Part shown: piece after piece, positions 16,670-20,000 of the stretch
How positions within the stretch are numbered: position 1 is the first letter of the stretch
How the letters are laid out: every line of letters starts with the position of its first letter
IMG/VR virus record: IMGVR_UViG_3300016467_000405
Length of the DNA: 20,000 nucleotides
Direction: 5' to 3' (one strand)
Source: an uncultured virus (IMG/VR IMGVR_UViG_3300016467_000405)
Taxonomy: Duplodnaviria > Heunggongvirae > Uroviricota > Caudoviricetes
Notes under the pieces: model-generated
Seen by the model: only the letters and a program-made list of their open reading frames with translations
Databases searched by the model: none
What the model was told of the DNA's origin: nothing
Position numbers and translations under genes: made by a program

Positions 16670-16896
16670 TTTTAAAAACCCGAGCGATCAGGGATCTTGC
16701 CCGAGAGTGTGGCTTGCCTGATCATGTGATTGACCAGTACTTTGATGAGCTTACTCGGTTCGTCTGGCGCATTGCCAAGAAAGAGCGTAACTTCTGCCAG
16801 ACCAAAATTCGCGGCTGGGTGTTTAATCAGGACATCGGCAAGCCGCCGATCCTTGAGGTATTGAAAGATGAGGAGGAAGAGTACGAGTTACTCTAA
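16666..16896 (+). CDS. Hypothetical protein
   Basis: GTGA coupling with the upstream gene. Confidence 0.55.
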   Translation: MILKTRAIRDLARECGLPDHVIDQYFDELTRFVWRIAKKERNFCQTKIRGWVFNQDIGKPPILEVLKDEEEEYELL

Positions 16897-16953
16897 ATAA
16901 TTTGATTGGTTTATGGAAGTCGCGCCCCCTAAGGGCACAGTAAAGGAGAATAT

Positions 16954-19458
16954 ATGGAGATCGTACAAAACCGTGCGGTGCTCGTGAACACGCGCAAACC
17001 ACACTTGATAACAGAAGTAGTTGAGAAGGCTACCGTAGTCAAACAAGTCCCGCTGCCCAATGGGCAGGTGGGATCTACCGTAGCTGTGCCATGGACTTTG
17101 CGGCATACCAAGATCCTGCATAACCTTGGGTTCAAGAAGGTACCTTCCCCGATCACGGGAAAGTATGAATGGCCGGGTCTTTATAAACCTTTCTCACATC
17201 AACGGGACACGGCAGCGTTCCTTACGCTCAACCCTAGGGCCTTCTGCTTGAATGATATGGGCACTGGCAAAACTTGCTCTGTTGCATGGGCTGCTGACTA
17301 TCTGATGAACCTTGGCATCATCAAGCGCGTGCTGATCGTAGCCCCCCTGTCCATTCTGGACTGTGCGTGGAGGGCGGACCTTTTCAAAACGCTGATGCAC
17401 CGTAGGGTAGATATCGCCCACGGTAGCGCCGCCAAGCGCCGTGCAGTCATTGCTTCTGATGCGGAGTTTGTTGCCATCAACTATGACGGACTCGAGATCG
17501 TCCACAAAGAAATCATGGAAGGTGGGTTCGACCTCATCGTGTGTGATGAAGCTTCCGCATTAAAGAACCAACAGACCAAGCGTTGGAAGCTGATGAACCA
17601 GCTCCTGCGTCCTGAAACATGGCTGTGGCTCCTGACAGGTACGCCTGCGGCGCAGTCTCCTGATGAAGCTTATGGTCTGGCTAGGCTGGTCAACCCGCAA
17701 GGTGTGCCGAGGTTCTACGGGTCATTCCGTGATCAGGTCATGCTGAAGGTTTCACAGTTTCGATATGTTCCACGGCCCGAAGCTCAGAGCATCGTGCATA
17801 AAGCCTTGCAACCTGCGATCCGTTTCACCAAAGAAGAGTGTCTTGATCTTCCCGAGATGACCTATGTGGATCGGGTTGTTCCGCTGACCACGCAGCAAGC
17901 CAAGTACTATGAGAAGCTAAAGGCACAGTTGTTGATTCAAGCTGCGGGTGAAGAGATAAGCGCAATCAATGCAGCGGTTGAAATGAACAAGCTCCTGCAA
18001 GTGTCTTGTATAGCGTATAATACACCCGTACTCACGGACGCTGGTTGGGTTCCAATCCAAGATGTAATCGCTACCCATAAAGTATGGGACGGCGAAGACT
18101 GGGTAACTCAGGATGGGGCGGTTTTTCGTGGGGTTAAGGAAGTAGAGAAATGCTGGGGGGTTTCCATGACGGAAGATCACTTGGTGCTTACTACTGATGG
18201 GTGGATAGAAGCAGGGGATATCACAGATGGCGAATCCGGCATTGAATTTACTAGGGCAAAAGTTCGGTTACCTGACTGTTATAGCAAGAGCTGGGACTAC
18301 GGTTGGTATTTCGACCCAATGCGCAACATGGCTGTGCCAATGCGATTGCGGGAACCAAATTGTGCGGCGCAGTCAGTATTTGAGGGCGAAGCATCGAAAG
18401 CATCCGAGGAGCTGCGGGTGTCATCATGGCAACGAGACCCACAGGATGAGCAAAAGTCGTGTGTATTCCAATTATCACAATATGCTGGCACGGTGCTTAG
18501 ATCCGCAAGACAAAAATTATCGAAACTACGGAGCGCGGGGAATAACTGTCTGCGAGCGGTGGAAAGAATCGTTTACGAATTTTTGGGGCGACATGGGGCC
18601 GACACATCAACATGGGCTCACATTAGACAGAATAGACAACGATGGTCCGTATTCCCCAGAGAATTGCAGGTGGGCTACCCCGACTCAACAGGGGCGCAAT
18701 ACACGAGGGAACGTACTTATAGCTACACCGAAAGGTCCTATGCCAATAGCACAAGCAGCGGAAGAGTATGGATTGAAGAAAGGGACCCTATTTCGGCGGT
18801 TGAAAGCGGGATGGCCCGTAGATTTGGCTCTGACGCTCCCCGTAGACAAAAGCAAAAAACTTACGACCTACTTAACAGTGGACCCCGGTCTCGGTTTGTT
18901 GTAATAGGAAGTGAAGGGCCTCTCATCGTCCATAATTGCGGAGCTGTTTATGCAGACAGTGGCGCCGTAGTCGAGTTCGACTGTACGAACCGCTTGAATG
19001 AATTGAAAGAGATCATCGAGCAGGCCAGCCATAAGACACTCGTCTTTGCTAACTTCACACACAGCATTGACACTATTCAGGCGTTTTTATCTAAACACGG
19101 TATCACTAATGACACGATCAACGGCAGTGTGCCGTTGAAAAGGCGCTCAGAACTGGTAGAGCGATTCCAAAAGACCAATGACATTCAAGTGCTGGTCATT
19201 CAACCTCAAGCCGCTTCGCATGGGATCACTCTGCATGCAGCCAACACTGTCATCTGGTGGAGCCCTATACCTAGCCTTGAATACTACCTGCAGGCCAACG
19301 CTCGTGTGCATCGAGCCGGACAAAAGAACCCCTGCACCGTAGTCCACCTCATGGGATCTGGCGTAGAGAAGCAGATGTACAAGCGCCTTCAAGGAAAGAA
19401 GGATGATCAAGAGAGTCTTCTGGCCATGTATAAAATTGTGATCGGTATACAAAAATGA
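16954..19458 (+). CDS. SNF2-family (SF2) DNA helicase precursor containing an intein (834 aa; ~524 aa after splicing)
   Basis: AAGGAG RBS; PFSHQ, motif I DMGTGKT, Ia LIVAPLS, II DEAS, III LTGTP, V SHGITLHAA, VI QANARVHRAGQ. Confidence 0.93.
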   Translation: MEIVQNRAVLVNTRKPHLITEVVEKATVVKQVPLPNGQVGSTVAVPWTLRHTKILHNLGFKKVPSPITGKYEWPGLYKPFSHQRDTAAFLTLNPRAFCLNDMGTGKTCSVAWAADYLMNLGIIKRVLIVAPLSILDCAWRADLFKTLMHRRVDIAHGSAAKRRAVIASDAEFVAINYDGLEIVHKEIMEGGFDLIVCDEASALKNQQTKRWKLMNQLLRPETWLWLLTGTPAAQSPDEAYGLARLVNPQGVPRFYGSFRDQVMLKVSQFRYVPRPEAQSIVHKALQPAIRFTKEECLDLPEMTYVDRVVPLTTQQAKYYEKLKAQLLIQAAGEEISAINAAVEMNKLLQVSCIAYNTPVLTDAGWVPIQDVIATHKVWDGEDWVTQDGAVFRGVKEVEKCWGVSMTEDHLVLTTDGWIEAGDITDGESGIEFTRAKVRLPDCYSKSWDYGWYFDPMRNMAVPMRLREPNCAAQSVFEGEASKASEELRVSSWQRDPQDEQKSCVFQLSQYAGTVLRSARQKLSKLRSAGNNCLRAVERIVYEFLGRHGADTSTWAHIRQNRQRWSVFPRELQVGYPDSTGAQYTRERTYSYTERSYANSTSSGRVWIEERDPISAVESGMARRFGSDAPRRQKQKTYDLLNSGPRSRFVVIGSEGPLIVHNCGAVYADSGAVVEFDCTNRLNELKEIIEQASHKTLVFANFTHSIDTIQAFLSKHGITNDTINGSVPLKRRSELVERFQKTNDIQVLVIQPQAASHGITLHAANTVIWWSPIPSLEYYLQANARVHRAGQKNPCTVVHLMGSGVEKQMYKRLQGKKDDQESLLAMYKIVIGIQK
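18007..18936 (+). mobile_element. Class 1 intein (310 aa, helicase residues 352-661)
   Basis: Block A CIAYNTPVLTDAGWVPIQDV, block B MTEDHLVLT (TxxH), block F KTYDLLNSGPRSRFVV, block G LIVHN followed by +1 Cys. Removal restores NKLLQVS|CGAVY. Confidence 0.92.
18227..18904 (+). CDS. HNH-type homing endonuclease overprinted in the +1 frame inside the intein
   Basis: AGGGGA SD at 18213-18218, ATG 18227, TAA 18902-18904; LLGQKFGYLTV, WLCQCDCG, SCGC, NM..RC, YGARGITVCERW, F..DMG, TLDRIDNDGPYSPENCRWAT..QQ.RN, C-terminal HTH-like AEEYGLKKGTLFRRLKAGW. Confidence 0.9.
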   Translation: MANPALNLLGQKFGYLTVIARAGTTVGISTQCATWLCQCDCGNQIVRRSQYLRAKHRKHPRSCGCHHGNETHRMSKSRVYSNYHNMLARCLDPQDKNYRNYGARGITVCERWKESFTNFWGDMGPTHQHGLTLDRIDNDGPYSPENCRWATPTQQGRNTRGNVLIATPKGPMPIAQAAEEYGLKKGTLFRRLKAGWPVDLALTLPVDKSKKLTTYLTVDPGLGLL

Positions 19459-20000
19459 AATATCTAAGTGTGTGTTCGGGAATAGAAGCAGCAACAGTCG
19501 CTTGGCATGAGCTTGGTTGGGAGGCTGTTGGGTTTTCAGAGATTGAACCGTTTCCATCGGCGGTTCTAAAACATCATTATCCAAACGTCACCAATTTGGG
19601 TGACATGACTAAATATAAGGAGTGGAACATTGGAACAGAAAGATTGGATATCCTCGTTGGAGGAACACCCTGCCAATCATTCTCAGTCGCAGGACTCAGA
19701 AAAGGATTGGATGACCCGCGCGGTAACTTGGCCCTCACCTATTGCGGAATTCTTGACCACTTTCGACCAACTTGGTTCGTCTGGGAAAACGTCCCCGGCG
19801 TCCTGTCATCAAGCGGAGGACGGGATTTTGGTTCCTTCCTCGGGGCGGTGGCAGAACTCGGGTATGGGTTCGCATACAGAGTGCTGGACGCTCAGTTCTT
19901 CGGAGTGGCCCAAAGACGCCGCCGTGTGTTCGTTGTCGGATACCTTGGAGACTAGAGACCTCCCGCAGCGGTTCTTTTGGGATACTGCGCCGCGCAGAGA
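19455..20000 (+). pseudogene. C5 cytosine DNA methyltransferase, N-terminal part, interrupted by TAG at 19953-19955
   Basis: Motif I YLSVCSGIEA, II FSEIE, IV GGTPCQSFS, VI WENVPG, VIII QRRRRVF; stops at 166 aa before the TRD and motifs IX/X; homologous-looking RPPAAVL continues after the TAG. Confidence 0.7.

Noticed and set aside
18227..18904. Nested HNH as a group I intron-encoded ORF
   Set aside because: The host frame is uninterrupted and flanked by complete intein blocks A, B, F and G with a +1 Cys, so no RNA splicing is needed. I saw no intron core.
18181..18936. HNH out of frame only because of sequencing frameshifts
   Set aside because: This needs two compensating errors and still would not explain a stop-free alternative frame over 226 codons or the dedicated SD, ATG and TAA. 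Considered unlikely, though reads should be checked.
19953..19955. Genome-wide amber (TAG) recoding
   Set aside because: TAG terminates thyX (9446-9448) and gene 10799-11011 at sensible ends, and long genes are intact under the standard code.

Overview
The window is a segment of a tailed dsDNA phage (Caudoviricetes-like) genome from an assembly with one gap (N run 1544-1699). Essentially all real genes lie on the + strand and many are translationally coupled. Bases 1-13.1 kb form an early/accessory region: a Gp88-like Cys-rich protein, a pyrimidine-dimer glycosylase-like protein, a DUF932 protein, an HNH-AP2 endonuclease, thyX, and dozens of small hypothetical genes. Bases 13.1-20 kb form a replication module: VRR-NUC, family A DNA polymerase, two PD-(D/E)XK nucleases, a small HNH protein, a SNF2-type helicase and a truncated C5 cytosine methyltransferase. 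The standout feature is a 310-aa intein in the helicase (18007-18936). Its endonuclease is not in the intein reading frame. Instead, a complete HNH homing endonuclease gene with its own SD and ATG (18227-18904) is overprinted in the +1 frame, while the helicase/intein frame stays open across it. Other oddities are a perfect 36-bp inverted copy of a downstream gene's RBS/start inside the end of the DUF932 gene, a 14-bp repeat at three consecutive small-gene junctions, and candidate structured RNAs. All family assignments come from motif recognition by eye, not database searches.
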